The position numbers were made by a program, and so were the translations under genes. Shown one piece after another: positions 1-11,078 of a stretch of 64,000 nucleotides of DNA; position 1 is the stretch's first letter, and every line of letters starts with the position of its first letter. Under the pieces are notes generated by a model, which was given only the letters and a program-made list of their open reading frames with translations, ran no database searches and was not told where the DNA came from. This DNA is from Thermoproteota archaeon. Its GTDB lineage: Archaea > Thermoproteota > Methanomethylicia > Methanomethylicales > Methanomethylicaceae. The DNA is taken from the NCBI GenBank assembly GCA_029887795.1, contig JARXPE010000001.1, positions 129,386 to 193,385 of the forward strand, given 5' to 3'.

Positions 1-405
1 AAGATGTTCTATCTTGCGGCGGCGGTGCTTCTTTTTTTATTAATAATAGACACCTTAGGAGCTGGGCTTTTGAGACAACTGAATCTGAGTTTGCTAGCTA
101 GGAAGAAAGGGGTTTTTACAGGTTTTATATTTGGGTTACTTTTGATGTTGGTGGCTGCGCCCTGCGCGATTCCGTTGTTTGCCACGACAGCCATATTCGC
201 CCTCACATTGAGCGAGGGGGTGTCTAGGACTCTTGTCCTTTTGTCCTATGCTATCGGATTGGGATTGCCACTCATGTTATTCGGGATGATGCCAGAACTC
301 TCTGAGAGATTTAAAGATCTTAGTGGTAAGTGGTGGACTAAGGTTAGGCTATTGATCTTGGTTGGTACATTCATCTGGCTTGTATGGTCCTTTTTTGTTG
401 TTTAG
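1..405 (+). CDS. CcdA/DsbD-type transmembrane thiol-disulfide transporter, C-terminal part (probably starts before the window)
   Basis: Multi-TM hydrophobic ORF with the APC (PC) motif and YAIGLGLP, typical of the second half of CcdA. Confidence 0.6.
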   Translation, partial: KMFYLAAAVLLFLLIIDTLGAGLLRQLNLSLLARKKGVFTGFIFGLLLMLVAAPCAIPLFATTAIFALTLSEGVSRTLVLLSYAIGLGLPLMLFGMMPELSERFKDLSGKWWTKVRLLILVGTFIWLVWSFFVV

Positions 406-406
406 C

Positions 407-649
407 CTACGGGGACGCCACCAAAGTTGTCGTCTGTAAGACGCCTGGGATGCGCCTGATCTGGGTCACAATTTCATCGAGGGAGACGAAGTCCGCCACC
501 TCAACCCTTATGAATACATCAAACTCCCCGTAGACAGCTCTGCATTCAGAAATGCCACCCATTTTTTTAATTTCTTTTATTACCTCATACTCCTTACCTG
601 TGTCAGTAATGAGTAACATGTATGCGACTACTCCATTCATGCTCGGCAC
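407..649 (-). CDS. Stand-alone Lrp/AsnC ligand-binding (RAM) domain protein
   Basis: AYMLI...VYGEFDV...IPGVLQTTTLV pattern; no HTH. Confidence 0.85.
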   Translation of the reverse strand: MPSMNGVVAYMLLITDTGKEYEVIKEIKKMGGISECRAVYGEFDVFIRVEVADFVSLDEIVTQIRRIPGVLQTTTLVASP

Positions 650-717
650 CTGATCATAGAATGTTGGAAAGGGTTAAAAACTTAATGATCAACTTTTGAT
701 ATGGTAAGGGGTTAGAT

Positions 718-1287
718 TTGAGAGTTATTTTGGCCATCACCGGCGCCAGTGGTGCCATATATGGGTTCCGGCTCTTGGAGAAGTTACATGAGGCTAAGAT
801 CGATGTAAAAACAATAGTGACTAGGACAGGGCTGCAAATACTCGAAGAGGAGACAGGATTCGGTGAGAAGGACCTGTCCAAATTCGGGAGGGTTTACAGG
901 GACTACGATCTTATGGCTCCTATGGCCAGCGGCAGTTACATTTTTGACGCCATGGTGATAGCCCCTTGCAGCATGAAGACTTTGGGTTGCGTCGCTAACG
1001 GTATCTCTTCTTCGTTAGTAACGAGAGCCGCTGACGTGGCACTTAAAGAGGGCAGGAAGCTAATACTGGTGATTAGGGAGACGCCGCTAAACTTAGTCCA
1101 CATCAAAAATATGCTGAAGGCAGCGGAGGCGGGCGCGGTGGTCATGCCTGCATGTCCCGGCTTTTATCACAGGCCTAAGACTCTGGAAGGGCTTGTGGAT
1201 CATTTGGTCGGAAAGGTTTTGGACCAGCTTGGTATCAAGCACAGTCTTTACAGGCGCTGGGAGGAGAGTTCCAAATCTAAGAGCTGA
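718..1287 (+). CDS. ubiX: Flavin prenyltransferase UbiX
   Basis: AITGASGAIYG, ASGS, APCSMKTL, RAADVALKE, RETPL, PGFY motifs. Confidence 0.95.
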   Translation: MRVILAITGASGAIYGFRLLEKLHEAKIDVKTIVTRTGLQILEEETGFGEKDLSKFGRVYRDYDLMAPMASGSYIFDAMVIAPCSMKTLGCVANGISSSLVTRAADVALKEGRKLILVIRETPLNLVHIKNMLKAAEAGAVVMPACPGFYHRPKTLEGLVDHLVGKVLDQLGIKHSLYRRWEESSKSKS

Positions 1288-1331
1288 AAAATTTGAGTGT
1301 TTTCAACCTTGACCAGACAATCATTGTATGA

Positions 1332-1679
1332 TTAATTTTTCCCAAGTTCCTCCTTGAGTTTTCGAACACACTCTTCAGCATTCATCAATAGTTTGCGTAT
1401 GTCCTCCTTGGAGGCATTGTCCACATGGATGCCAGCAATCACAACAGTATTTTGCCCAGTTTTATTAAAGATTGTTTTGGCGGCATCATGAGAAACCAAA
1501 TAGTCTTTATGGCTCGGCAGTGATAGTGTAAAAGGCTCTCCGGGTTGAGTGCAAATGGAGATCGCGCCGATGTGGGGCTCTTCGCCCCCACCGATGTAAA
1601 TCACAAGCTCGCGACCAGCTCTTATGAGGTCTAAGTAGACTCTATGTTTACCCTCCCCAAATTCGATAAGGTGCGGCAT
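1332..1679 (-). CDS. LpdD-like small protein (prenylated-flavin chaperone / PAC4-like family)
   Basis: GGGEEPHIGA, SHKD and AGIHVD motifs, 115 aa. Confidence 0.65.
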   Translation of the reverse strand: MPHLIEFGEGKHRVYLDLIRAGRELVIYIGGGEEPHIGAISICTQPGEPFTLSLPSHKDYLVSHDAAKTIFNKTGQNTVVIAGIHVDNASKEDIRKLLMNAEECVRKLKEELGKN

Positions 1680-1689
1680 ATTAAGCGCC

Positions 1690-2859
1690 TCAGGTTATCC
1701 AGTCCTTACTATTTATCTTATCAGGAAGATAGACGTCAGAAAGGAACCTGAAGCCCTTTGAAGACTTTGCTTCTATCTCTGCCTTGACCTTCTTCTCCAA
1801 AAACATGTTTATTTCCTGTCTCCATTTTTTGGACTCGTAAAACCAAGGATAACGAGGTGACTTAGTCACAGGATCCTTGACAAGAAGCTCCTTGGCTCTC
1901 TTTATGTCGATCTCGTTTGCCTTTATGAGGTGATCCCGTGGGATCTCGTACTTTTCTATATCGGTCATAGTCATACCCAAGAACTTGGCCTCGGGACATG
2001 CCAGTCTGAACGATTCATATGAAAGAGATATGCTGCCAGCGCGATAAGTTGAGTAAATGTACCATCCGAACGGATCGGCATCTGTGAGGACGTACACCGG
2101 AAGATCCCACTCTTCATTTAGGCGCTTCACCATTCGCCTGGTGGCTCTATCAGCCTGACCCTTGCCCGTTATAAGGATACATTTGTTTTTACGCCAGAAT
2201 TCGTAGTCGTTGAGTCTTTGGAATATTGCGTCCTTCTCCACCACAAGAACATAGTCTGCATCAACATCCAAAATTCTGATTTGGTCGCACAGGGATGGAA
2301 TGTTGAATGCACCTATTCCAAATTTAGTGCAGTCAATCCTGTTCCCTTTGGACTCCAAGATTATGTTTCCAACCATTGCGCCTCTAGACTCTGCGACTAT
2401 GCCCATCTGCTCCCTCAGGAGACCAGTCATAACCTCGATGTCCTGAAAGATCGAGTTAGATTCGTCTTGGTCATTAAAAGTCTCGATCTCAGTGCCCTCG
2501 ATGGTGTGCAAGGTGTAGTAGTATAGGTCCCTGATGGTCGGGTGATCGTTGTTCTTAAGGGCTTCGTAGATAGCCCTGGCGAGCAAACATGTCTGCATGA
2601 AGGACCTGACTCCGCTTATATCGTTAAATTTGCGCTCTCCTACACGCCCTCCCAGCGTTATTATGCCCCGCTTCTTATCGAATATAGTATTAGAGGCGGT
2701 CCTCAAAGGTATTCGGAGTACGGGAGGTTTGGAAGCGTTCAGATCCTCTACCAGTTTGACAAAGATCTGTCTCAGTTTCCTTTCAGCGTCGTCAAAAGAT
2801 TCGAGAGGTCTTTCCTTAAGATTGCGAGTCTTTATCATAAAATCACCTGATGAAGGCAT
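1690..2859 (-). CDS. top6A: DNA topoisomerase VI subunit A
   Basis: TIRDLYY catalytic Tyr, VVEKDA, TGKGQAD, TDADPFG toprim motifs. Confidence 0.95.
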   Translation of the reverse strand: MPSSGDFMIKTRNLKERPLESFDDAERKLRQIFVKLVEDLNASKPPVLRIPLRTASNTIFDKKRGIITLGGRVGERKFNDISGVRSFMQTCLLARAIYEALKNNDHPTIRDLYYYTLHTIEGTEIETFNDQDESNSIFQDIEVMTGLLREQMGIVAESRGAMVGNIILESKGNRIDCTKFGIGAFNIPSLCDQIRILDVDADYVLVVEKDAIFQRLNDYEFWRKNKCILITGKGQADRATRRMVKRLNEEWDLPVYVLTDADPFGWYIYSTYRAGSISLSYESFRLACPEAKFLGMTMTDIEKYEIPRDHLIKANEIDIKRAKELLVKDPVTKSPRYPWFYESKKWRQEINMFLEKKVKAEIEAKSSKGFRFLSDVYLPDKINSKDWIT

Positions 2860-4762
2860 CTAGAGTGTGTTGGGGCTTTTCCTTCGCCTTCTTTTCCTGA
2901 GGGGGCAACTTAGCAACGACGCTATGGGCGGGGATCTCTTTCAACTTGGGCACCTCCTGCCTCGGGGGCTCCCTCTTTTCTGGAGGCTTCAATTTTGTCT
3001 TCACCGTTTCCATAAGTTTGTGGAAGATTTCTTCTTGGCTGGTGCCTGTCAGGAGCGACAAATCTCTCGCGATCTCACGTGCGTAGATTTGGAAGATGCT
3101 CTGTCGGTGGCGTTCGTGCTCCTGCCTCTGCCTATGAGTCACGTAGGAATGTATCATCCTGCCCAGCGCTTGGAGCGCGAGCCTCAACTGCTCGTGGATC
3201 TCGTCATGGTAGGCGACTGCAAATTTTCCGGGGACTGTGTATGGTACTTTAGTTGAGATCAGTGAAATCACCAAAACCATCGGGGCGAGGGGGAGTGTTC
3301 CCTCCTCCTGCGGGAGCTTGTAGTTTCTCCAGTTTATCTCCTTCACAGTCTTGTACAAGAGGCAATCCTTGGAGTCGTAGATCAAAGGGCACTTGTTTCC
3401 AAGTCGTATAACCTTCGCCTTAAAGACGCCAGGCCTTACAGTCTCGCAGTCACTTGCAACGGAGGCGCCGCCGTAGGCGACTGCGACCTCCACTTGAAAT
3501 GGAATTCCCCTGTACGACCACGGCTCCCTTGAAGTCGCCTCGATAAACTCAGCGTCGGGGTAAAGCCTCCTGAGGGATTGCCTGAGAGCCTCCTCCCCTA
3601 TGGGGCTAAGAACGTCTAGGGGAGGTCGCATGATGTCGACCTCCTTGGCCGCCTTGAATAGAGCCTCCACGTTGATCTCCTTGGGTGGAACGTTTGGAGA
3701 GATCTTTGCTGCGGAAAGTAGCTGAAGGGCTTTTAGGTCCGAGATCCTGACGAAGTGTCTAACCAAAAACTGCTTCGCATCCCTACAGCACCTGTCGTTA
3801 GAGATCATCTCAAGGAGCGCCCCCGGCTCTATGGAGAGTATGTGGGGCTTTATTTCCTTGGGTTGGGGCGGCAGGGTTTTTGTTGCCCTCGGGTAGTTAA
3901 TGACCTTCTCCTCACCGTTTACAGTGGGCTTGAGTATGAACTTCAGCTCCGCGTGGGGGTTGGCAAGAGAGAGCTCCTTGATGAAGGACTCCACTTTTTT
4001 TGTAAATTCCCCCGCGACCATCAACTCAACTTTGGTCCCATGAATTCTGTCGAAGGGGACCTCTTCTGCAGAAATAACGATGGGCTTATTTTGCTCGGTG
4101 TCTATCTTGAGCACCACTCGGTAAGCCTTCTCGTCGGTCTCGGTTTTAGTGGTTATAATGGCGGGCTCCAGCGAGGTCAGCTGGGCATATATTATCGCAG
4201 CATGAACGCCGAGCCCCTGCTGACCCCTTGATTGCTTGAAGGAAAAGAACTTAGACCCATAAAGGACCTTGCCAAAGGCCTTTGCCACTTTGCTCCGCAC
4301 CACACCACAGCCGTTGTCCTCAACACAGATTTTGAAGATTGGGAACTTTCTTATTCCGCCGTCCTTTATCCTATTTGTGATGACCTCATATTCCTTCTCT
4401 GTGGCGGCAAGGGTTACCGTGATTTCAGGAAGGACACCCATAGCCTCGGCCGCGTCGAGTGAGTTGTCGACTAGTTCTTTGATAGTTTGGACCAGGGCAT
4501 GTTCTGGGTCGCCGAAGCCAAGCTGACCCAAATTCTGCCTGTAATATTGGGCGGGATTTACGGCTCTCATCTTCCTTGCTTCTGCTTCAGCGACTGTGGG
4601 AGGTTCTAATGTTGACTTATCTTTGCGCCATTCTTTCCTGGGGCGCCTAGTTTTTCTCAAAAGGGTCCTTCGGACTGTTTTCTCGGCACCTTCCTTGTTT
4701 GCCCCTATCTTGTCTGCACCGTCCTCTCCTTTCATCATCAGATAGACCCCACATGACACCAA
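2843..4762 (-). CDS. top6B: DNA topoisomerase VI subunit B (start may be ATG ~4738)
   Basis: GHKL motifs KELVDNSLDA, EDNGCG, YGSKF, SRGQQGLG, HGTKV; overlaps top6A. Confidence 0.95.
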   Translation of the reverse strand: MVSCGVYLMMKGEDGADKIGANKEGAEKTVRRTLLRKTRRPRKEWRKDKSTLEPPTVAEAEARKMRAVNPAQYYRQNLGQLGFGDPEHALVQTIKELVDNSLDAAEAMGVLPEITVTLAATEKEYEVITNRIKDGGIRKFPIFKICVEDNGCGVVRSKVAKAFGKVLYGSKFFSFKQSRGQQGLGVHAAIIYAQLTSLEPAIITTKTETDEKAYRVVLKIDTEQNKPIVISAEEVPFDRIHGTKVELMVAGEFTKKVESFIKELSLANPHAELKFILKPTVNGEEKVINYPRATKTLPPQPKEIKPHILSIEPGALLEMISNDRCCRDAKQFLVRHFVRISDLKALQLLSAAKISPNVPPKEINVEALFKAAKEVDIMRPPLDVLSPIGEEALRQSLRRLYPDAEFIEATSREPWSYRGIPFQVEVAVAYGGASVASDCETVRPGVFKAKVIRLGNKCPLIYDSKDCLLYKTVKEINWRNYKLPQEEGTLPLAPMVLVISLISTKVPYTVPGKFAVAYHDEIHEQLRLALQALGRMIHSYVTHRQRQEHERHRQSIFQIYAREIARDLSLLTGTSQEEIFHKLMETVKTKLKPPEKREPPRQEVPKLKEIPAHSVVAKLPPQEKKAKEKPQHTLDAFIR

Positions 4763-4907
4763 AGCAAATTAAGTGCGCCCGTCATCCTGTATGTATAAAA
4801 AGTATTTATCCCTTCTCGGCAACATGAGGGCACACCCCATATAAAGAATAATTACATTCCAAGAAGAGTTTTGTTAGCTTGGAAAAGGAAAAAATCAAGG
4901 TTTGAGG

Positions 4908-6467
4908 TCAAAAGCCAGGAACTTCCTCTAGGAGCATGCCCTCGATCATGAATGGGGGGTTTCTGGAGGCTACGCCTAGGGCCTCTTTGAGTTTTGACTC
5001 TCTCTCCGCATAGATTTCCACGACCGGGTCGCCTTTCTTAACCGCGTAACCCATTTTCGCGTAGAGTTTAACGCCTGATCCCTTGTCGAGAGGTGCCCCC
5101 GCTGCCTTAGCAATCGCATTGATTGCGGAGTTATTTATGATGCTCACGTAGCCATCTGTGGGAGCCGCGAGTATGTACCTCTTCTCGCCTAATGGAATCT
5201 CGTCTGGCTTGATGTTGGGGTTACCTCCTTGGTTCTCGATGATTTCGCGGAACTTCTGGTAGGCTTTACCACTCCTTAGGATCTCCTTGGCCATGTCTTG
5301 ACCCCCTCCCCTAGGAGCCAAACCAGTCATCTCAAAGAGTGTGCCAGCAAGTGCAGTTGATTTCTCGATCAAGCTATTCGGACCCCTTCCCATGAGGGTC
5401 TCGAGCGCCTCTTTTGCCTCCAGTGCAGGACCCACGGTGTGACCGACCGGCTGACCTCCGTATGTCAAGCCACACCTAACCCTGATGCCAAGGCGGCTCC
5501 CCAACTCAATGAACTCGTTGGCAAGCTTACGTGCCTCCTCAAAACTTTCCACTTTCGCACCTCTTCCGGTTGGGATGTCCAAGACCAATGTCGAGACGCC
5601 CACGGCCAGCTTCTTCGCCATTATAGATGCCAACATCTGAGGGCGAGGGTCTATGGAGAGCGGATGTTCCACTCTTATGAAGAGGTCATCGGCTGGTGCA
5701 AGGTTCAGGCTGCCACCCCATGCTATATACCCTCCAGTTTTCTGGAGAAGTCTCCTGAGCTCGCTAACTGAAAACTCCACAGGAGCGAGTACTTCCATGG
5801 TGTCAGCAGTACCTGACGGACTGGTTATCGCCCTGCTGCTCGTCTTGGGTATCTTAAGTCCTGCGGCTGCCACTATGGGAACTATGAGGAGCGTCACTTT
5901 GTTTCCCGGGACGCCACCTATAGAATGTTTGTCGACCACAGGTTCTCCAAAATCTATTGTATTTCCAGTCTCAACCATAGCACGGGTTAGGCTCTCTATC
6001 TCATCCATGTTCATGCCGACGTACTCCTCAGCCATGAGAAAAGCGGCGACCTCGAGCTGGCTCAGAGAGTGTGTCACAGTGTCCTTCACTATCTGGGTTA
6101 TCTCTCCCTTGGTGAGTGTTTGACCTCTCATCTTTTTACGGATGTACTCAACCGATGGCGGGGTAGGAGCAGGGGATATCTCCACCTCTTCCCCTTCTGA
6201 GACAGGAAAATCCTGCAGCAGGTCTCTATAGATTCCGACCTCTCCTGGGCAGACTAGCCCGCTGGATACTTCAATGCGGCAAACTATCCTGTCGGATATA
6301 TCAATCCTTGCAAGGACATTCGCACCGCCCTTGCTAAGGCGGACTCGATCATGAATTCGGAGCATCATGCCCTTTGCATCCTGTTCGTTCAATACCACGC
6401 CCTTTTCTCCGGTGGTGATGTCTATGATTTTTGCCTTGAGAGTCGGCATTGCTAGATCACTACTCAT
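4908..6467 (-). CDS. deoA: AMP (NMP) phosphorylase
   Basis: DKHSIGGVPGN, PKTSSRAITSPSGTAD, N-terminal extra domain, 519 aa. Confidence 0.95.
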   Translation of the reverse strand: MSSDLAMPTLKAKIIDITTGEKGVVLNEQDAKGMMLRIHDRVRLSKGGANVLARIDISDRIVCRIEVSSGLVCPGEVGIYRDLLQDFPVSEGEEVEISPAPTPPSVEYIRKKMRGQTLTKGEITQIVKDTVTHSLSQLEVAAFLMAEEYVGMNMDEIESLTRAMVETGNTIDFGEPVVDKHSIGGVPGNKVTLLIVPIVAAAGLKIPKTSSRAITSPSGTADTMEVLAPVEFSVSELRRLLQKTGGYIAWGGSLNLAPADDLFIRVEHPLSIDPRPQMLASIMAKKLAVGVSTLVLDIPTGRGAKVESFEEARKLANEFIELGSRLGIRVRCGLTYGGQPVGHTVGPALEAKEALETLMGRGPNSLIEKSTALAGTLFEMTGLAPRGGGQDMAKEILRSGKAYQKFREIIENQGGNPNIKPDEIPLGEKRYILAAPTDGYVSIINNSAINAIAKAAGAPLDKGSGVKLYAKMGYAVKKGDPVVEIYAERESKLKEALGVASRNPPFMIEGMLLEEVPGF

Positions 6468-6503
6468 TAAGTTCTAATACGCCATTAAAAACCCTGCGGA
6501 CGT

Positions 6504-7823
6504 TCAGTCTTCACCCAAAGCCTTTCCACCCCAGTGCTTGAGCGCAACCTCCAGCTCCTTGTGGTTTTTTGAGTATTCCTCCAATGGAACGCCAGCGACG
6601 CAGGCGTCTATGGCTTGGCGCATGGCTGCTGCTCCTGCCCTAGTGCCGAGTGGATGACCATGGATGCCGCCACCCGCGTTTATGACGCAGTCTTTGCCCA
6701 AGGCTTCGAAATTCGCTGGTACAAGACCGGGGTGTACTCCCCCGGAGGCCACAGGAAAGACGCTCTTCAGTCCGAACCAATCGTCCCGAAGCGAATCGAT
6801 GATCTTTTTGAGCTCGTGCTTCCGCTCTTCTGTCGTACCCATCTTTCCCGCCCCTGTGCCCGTGTGGAGCTGGTCGCCACCCAGCATTCTAGCGATCTTA
6901 GCTATGACAAGCATGGAGATCCCGTGCCTTGGGTTTCTAGTGAAGGTAGCATGCATGGCTCTGTGCATGTGTATGGGGACTCCAAACGTGTAGCTGGAGA
7001 GGAACCACTCTACCGTTGGCAGACCTAGTATTATTATATCCAGCATCAGGGTATTTGCCCCGTTGTCGATGGCGGTCTCTGCCAGCTTTACCATTTTGTC
7101 AGGTGCTCCGGTGACGTTCACTGCAAATAATACTTTCCTGCCGGTCTCAGATTTTGCCTTGTCCAAGGCGTCCATGACCTTCGAGACGCGCTCCTCTAAC
7201 GGGCAGAAAGCCTGATTCACGAGCGTCTCGTCATCTTTTATGAAGTCGACACCCCCTAGGGCAGCCTCGTATGCAACCTTTGCAGTCTGCTCAGGGTTGA
7301 GCCCGACCTTTGGCTTAACGATAGTTCCGAGGTGAGGTCGAGGTGCCGAATCTGTGCCTACAAGACGCCTGACACCCTCTATACCAAACTCTGGACCGCG
7401 GTAGTGCCGGACCACCGACTTTGGAAATTCTATATCCACCAGTCGGACGTTCTTAAGGGCTGAAAGACCAAATAAGTTCCCTGCGACCATGCTCAGTATG
7501 TTTGCAATGCCGCTTGTCTCCAGATCGAACAAATCAAGAGGGAATGCGATATATACAAAGCCAGACTCGCCTTCGCCCTCCATTTTGTAAAGTTTTGCGG
7601 GAAGTTTAGTCCTGACCCATTCGTTAATAGTTGTGATCTCGGTCCAAGTCCCAATGGACTCCTCCGTGGCGATGGCAATGCCAGCGGATTTCAAGCCAAG
7701 CGGGCTCTCAACGTAGTATTTGGCTGAGATGTACTTATCTGGGTCAATCTCTTCGGGTCTGGCAGTAAATATCTCATCCATGTATAGTGGCGTGGTGGAT
7801 TCATCCTTCATACCCATACTCAT
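6504..7823 (-). CDS. rbcL: RuBisCO large subunit, form III-type
   Basis: EESIGTW, AGNLFG, KPKVGL, DFIKDDE, HRAMH, HTGT-GKM, SGG, GGGIHGHP: full catalytic set. Confidence 0.93.
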   Translation of the reverse strand: MSMGMKDESTTPLYMDEIFTARPEEIDPDKYISAKYYVESPLGLKSAGIAIATEESIGTWTEITTINEWVRTKLPAKLYKMEGEGESGFVYIAFPLDLFDLETSGIANILSMVAGNLFGLSALKNVRLVDIEFPKSVVRHYRGPEFGIEGVRRLVGTDSAPRPHLGTIVKPKVGLNPEQTAKVAYEAALGGVDFIKDDETLVNQAFCPLEERVSKVMDALDKAKSETGRKVLFAVNVTGAPDKMVKLAETAIDNGANTLMLDIIILGLPTVEWFLSSYTFGVPIHMHRAMHATFTRNPRHGISMLVIAKIARMLGGDQLHTGTGAGKMGTTEERKHELKKIIDSLRDDWFGLKSVFPVASGGVHPGLVPANFEALGKDCVINAGGGIHGHPLGTRAGAAAMRQAIDACVAGVPLEEYSKNHKELEVALKHWGGKALGED

Positions 7824-7824
7824 T

Positions 7825-8808
<984 letters not shown>

Positions 8809-8888
8809 TCAGACCTCATCAGTAAAAATATCAGAACGACCCAAAAAGCCTTTTTGCACCAGTCAAAGTGCATCGGAAGCGGAAAAGG

Positions 8889-9773
8889 TTAGGGCAGGTT
8901 CTTTATGGCTCTTGAGATTAGGGGAGCCACCGAGACCTTGGAATGCTGCCCGGGCACAGTGTCGGTAGATATCAGGTTGCCGAGACCGGCTCCCTTGAGT
9001 TTTTGATAAGAGTCCTCGACCAGTAGGGCGTGGGTCACAAGTGCGTCAACTCTATTCGCTCCTTCGGCCAAGAGCATTCTTATCACTTTCACGAGCGTCA
9101 TTCCAGTGCTGATTATATCGTCCACAAGAACGACGTTTTTATCTTTCACTGAGGCATTGCCCCTCACTGAAACTTCCCTGTCACCAAGCCGCACCTTCTC
9201 CATGATGATGTATGGTGATGAGAGACGCTCGGCGACCACTTTTGCCCACTGCTCAGACTCTGCATCTGGTCCAACCACCACTGTGTTGTTATTTCCAAAG
9301 TTTTTCAGGTAATAATCCGCAAGGAGAGGCATCGCTGAGAGGTTTAAGGATGGTGTATGGAATAATTCAGACAGAGTTCTGAAGCGGTGAAGATGTGCGT
9401 CGATGGTGATAATACGATCTACCCTCGGAAATTCTACCAATGAGGCGAATACCTTGGCGCTGAGGGGCTCGCCTGGCTTGAAGCGGGAGTCTTGGCGCAA
9501 GTATGCAAAGTATGGTATCACAGCCGTGAGAGATCTACATCCACCGCTCTTTATGGCATCTACTAGAAGAAGGTACTCCACCAGCAAGGTGTCCGGGCTT
9601 AGGGCAAAAGAGTGAATTAGAACGACGTCTTCTCCTGAAAGGGCTCCGGATATCTGAACATACTGCTCGCCGTCGGGGAAGAAGCGCCTTGCAGTTTCTA
9701 CTATTGGAATATTACTCTCTTTGGCTACCGATCTAGCCAAGGCCTCTGATGAGGAGCCGTAGGTGATCAGCAC
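8889..9773 (-). CDS. prs: Ribose-phosphate pyrophosphokinase (archaeal type)
   Basis: FPDGE, PYFAYLRQD, DAHLH, GPD, VDDIISTG, TH motifs. Confidence 0.9.
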   Translation of the reverse strand: MLITYGSSSEALARSVAKESNIPIVETARRFFPDGEQYVQISGALSGEDVVLIHSFALSPDTLLVEYLLLVDAIKSGGCRSLTAVIPYFAYLRQDSRFKPGEPLSAKVFASLVEFPRVDRIITIDAHLHRFRTLSELFHTPSLNLSAMPLLADYYLKNFGNNNTVVVGPDAESEQWAKVVAERLSSPYIIMEKVRLGDREVSVRGNASVKDKNVVLVDDIISTGMTLVKVIRMLLAEGANRVDALVTHALLVEDSYQKLKGAGLGNLISTDTVPGQHSKVSVAPLISRAIKNLP

Positions 9774-9831
9774 CTATGTTTCCCCCGCCTTTCCTGAAAT
9801 GTGTCGTGATAAAGACAGAAGGGTATGGCGA

Positions 9832-11019
9832 CTACCAGTACCCTTCATACATGCGCTGGTACAGTTTGATAAGATCATCTCTCGAGGGCTTTCTTGGGTT
9901 CTTAAGTATGAACCGTGAATAGTTGTTGATTAGGTCGTCTACCATCGGCTCTAGATCCTTTTCGTCCAGACCGAGTTCCTCGAATCCTAGCGGGAGGTTC
10001 AGGGTGTCCATTATCTCCGTCAGGCGCATGGCTATGGCATTACCGGTCTCTGCTGGGGATGCTCCCTCTGTGTCTATTCCGAACGCTGCGGCCATCACGT
10101 CCAACTTATCGGGTATGGCTGGTGCGTTGAACTCCAAGACATAGGGCTCCGCCACAGCCACAGAGACTCCGTGGGGAAGGTTGCACTTAACGGCAAACGT
10201 GTAGGCGATGCCATGCGCGAGGCACAGCCCTGTATTCATGAATGCCATACCCGCGAGCAATGATGCCAGGGATAGACCGCTTCTGGCCTCGATGTCCTCG
10301 CCGTTTGAGTATGCCCGCTCCAAGTACTCATCGGAGAGGCTCATGGCCTCGAACGCCAAGGACTCGGTAATAGGAGTGGAGTCCAAGCTCATGAATGATT
10401 CCACGGCGTGGCAGAGAGCGTCTATCCCCGCTGAGGCGGTGGAGTGGGGCGGGGCAGTCACCGAGAGGAGCGGGTCCACGATCGCCAAGGAAGGGTATAG
10501 AAAAGGATGAGATAGAGCGAGCTTCTTTCCTTTATCAACAACTACAGATATGGGCGTCACCTCGGATCCCGTCCCAGAGATTGTGGGTATTGTGACCACG
10601 GGAGGACCTCTCTTGGCAAGAGGCTCGCCTTTGAAGTAAGAGGGGGGGTCCTTCTCGTTCGCCACCGAAATGGAGGCGACCTTAGCCATATCTAATGAAC
10701 TGCCCCCGCCAAGACCAACTATAAGGGAAGGGTTAGCCTCCTTCGCTTTTTTTGCAAGGTTTGAGAGGATGGAACTGTCTGGTTCGGGTGAGACCTCGTT
10801 GAATTCCACTGTGGGGCAGATCGAAGAGATCATTTTGCAGACCCTCGAATAGCCCTCGGTCTTGCAGACGTTCTTACCGCTTATAATGAGGGTTGACTTG
10901 GGGTCGAACTTTTTCAGTTCCTCCAAAAGTCTATCCATGGCGTTGATTCCAAAGACGATCCTAGTCGGTGATTGGAATGTATATACTCGGAAAAGGGGGT
11001 GGTAAAATTTGGAACTCAT
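9832..11019 (-). CDS. Iron-containing (group III) alcohol dehydrogenase family protein
   Basis: GLGGGSSLD, PTISGTGSEVT, DALCHAVES, AHG, PHG metal ligands. Confidence 0.9.
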   Translation of the reverse strand: MSSKFYHPLFRVYTFQSPTRIVFGINAMDRLLEELKKFDPKSTLIISGKNVCKTEGYSRVCKMISSICPTVEFNEVSPEPDSSILSNLAKKAKEANPSLIVGLGGGSSLDMAKVASISVANEKDPPSYFKGEPLAKRGPPVVTIPTISGTGSEVTPISVVVDKGKKLALSHPFLYPSLAIVDPLLSVTAPPHSTASAGIDALCHAVESFMSLDSTPITESLAFEAMSLSDEYLERAYSNGEDIEARSGLSLASLLAGMAFMNTGLCLAHGIAYTFAVKCNLPHGVSVAVAEPYVLEFNAPAIPDKLDVMAAAFGIDTEGASPAETGNAIAMRLTEIMDTLNLPLGFEELGLDEKDLEPMVDDLINNYSRFILKNPRKPSRDDLIKLYQRMYEGYW

Positions 11020-11078
11020 ATGATTACAACACCACTCAAATAAATAACGCTTTTAAAACACTTAAGAGTTATGAGACC

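Noticed and set aside
6504-7823. RuBisCO as evidence of Calvin-cycle autotrophy, or as a form IV RLP
   Set aside because: Context is AMP phosphorylase/R15P isomerase with no phosphoribulokinase in the window; the catalytic residues are intact, so it is not an RLP
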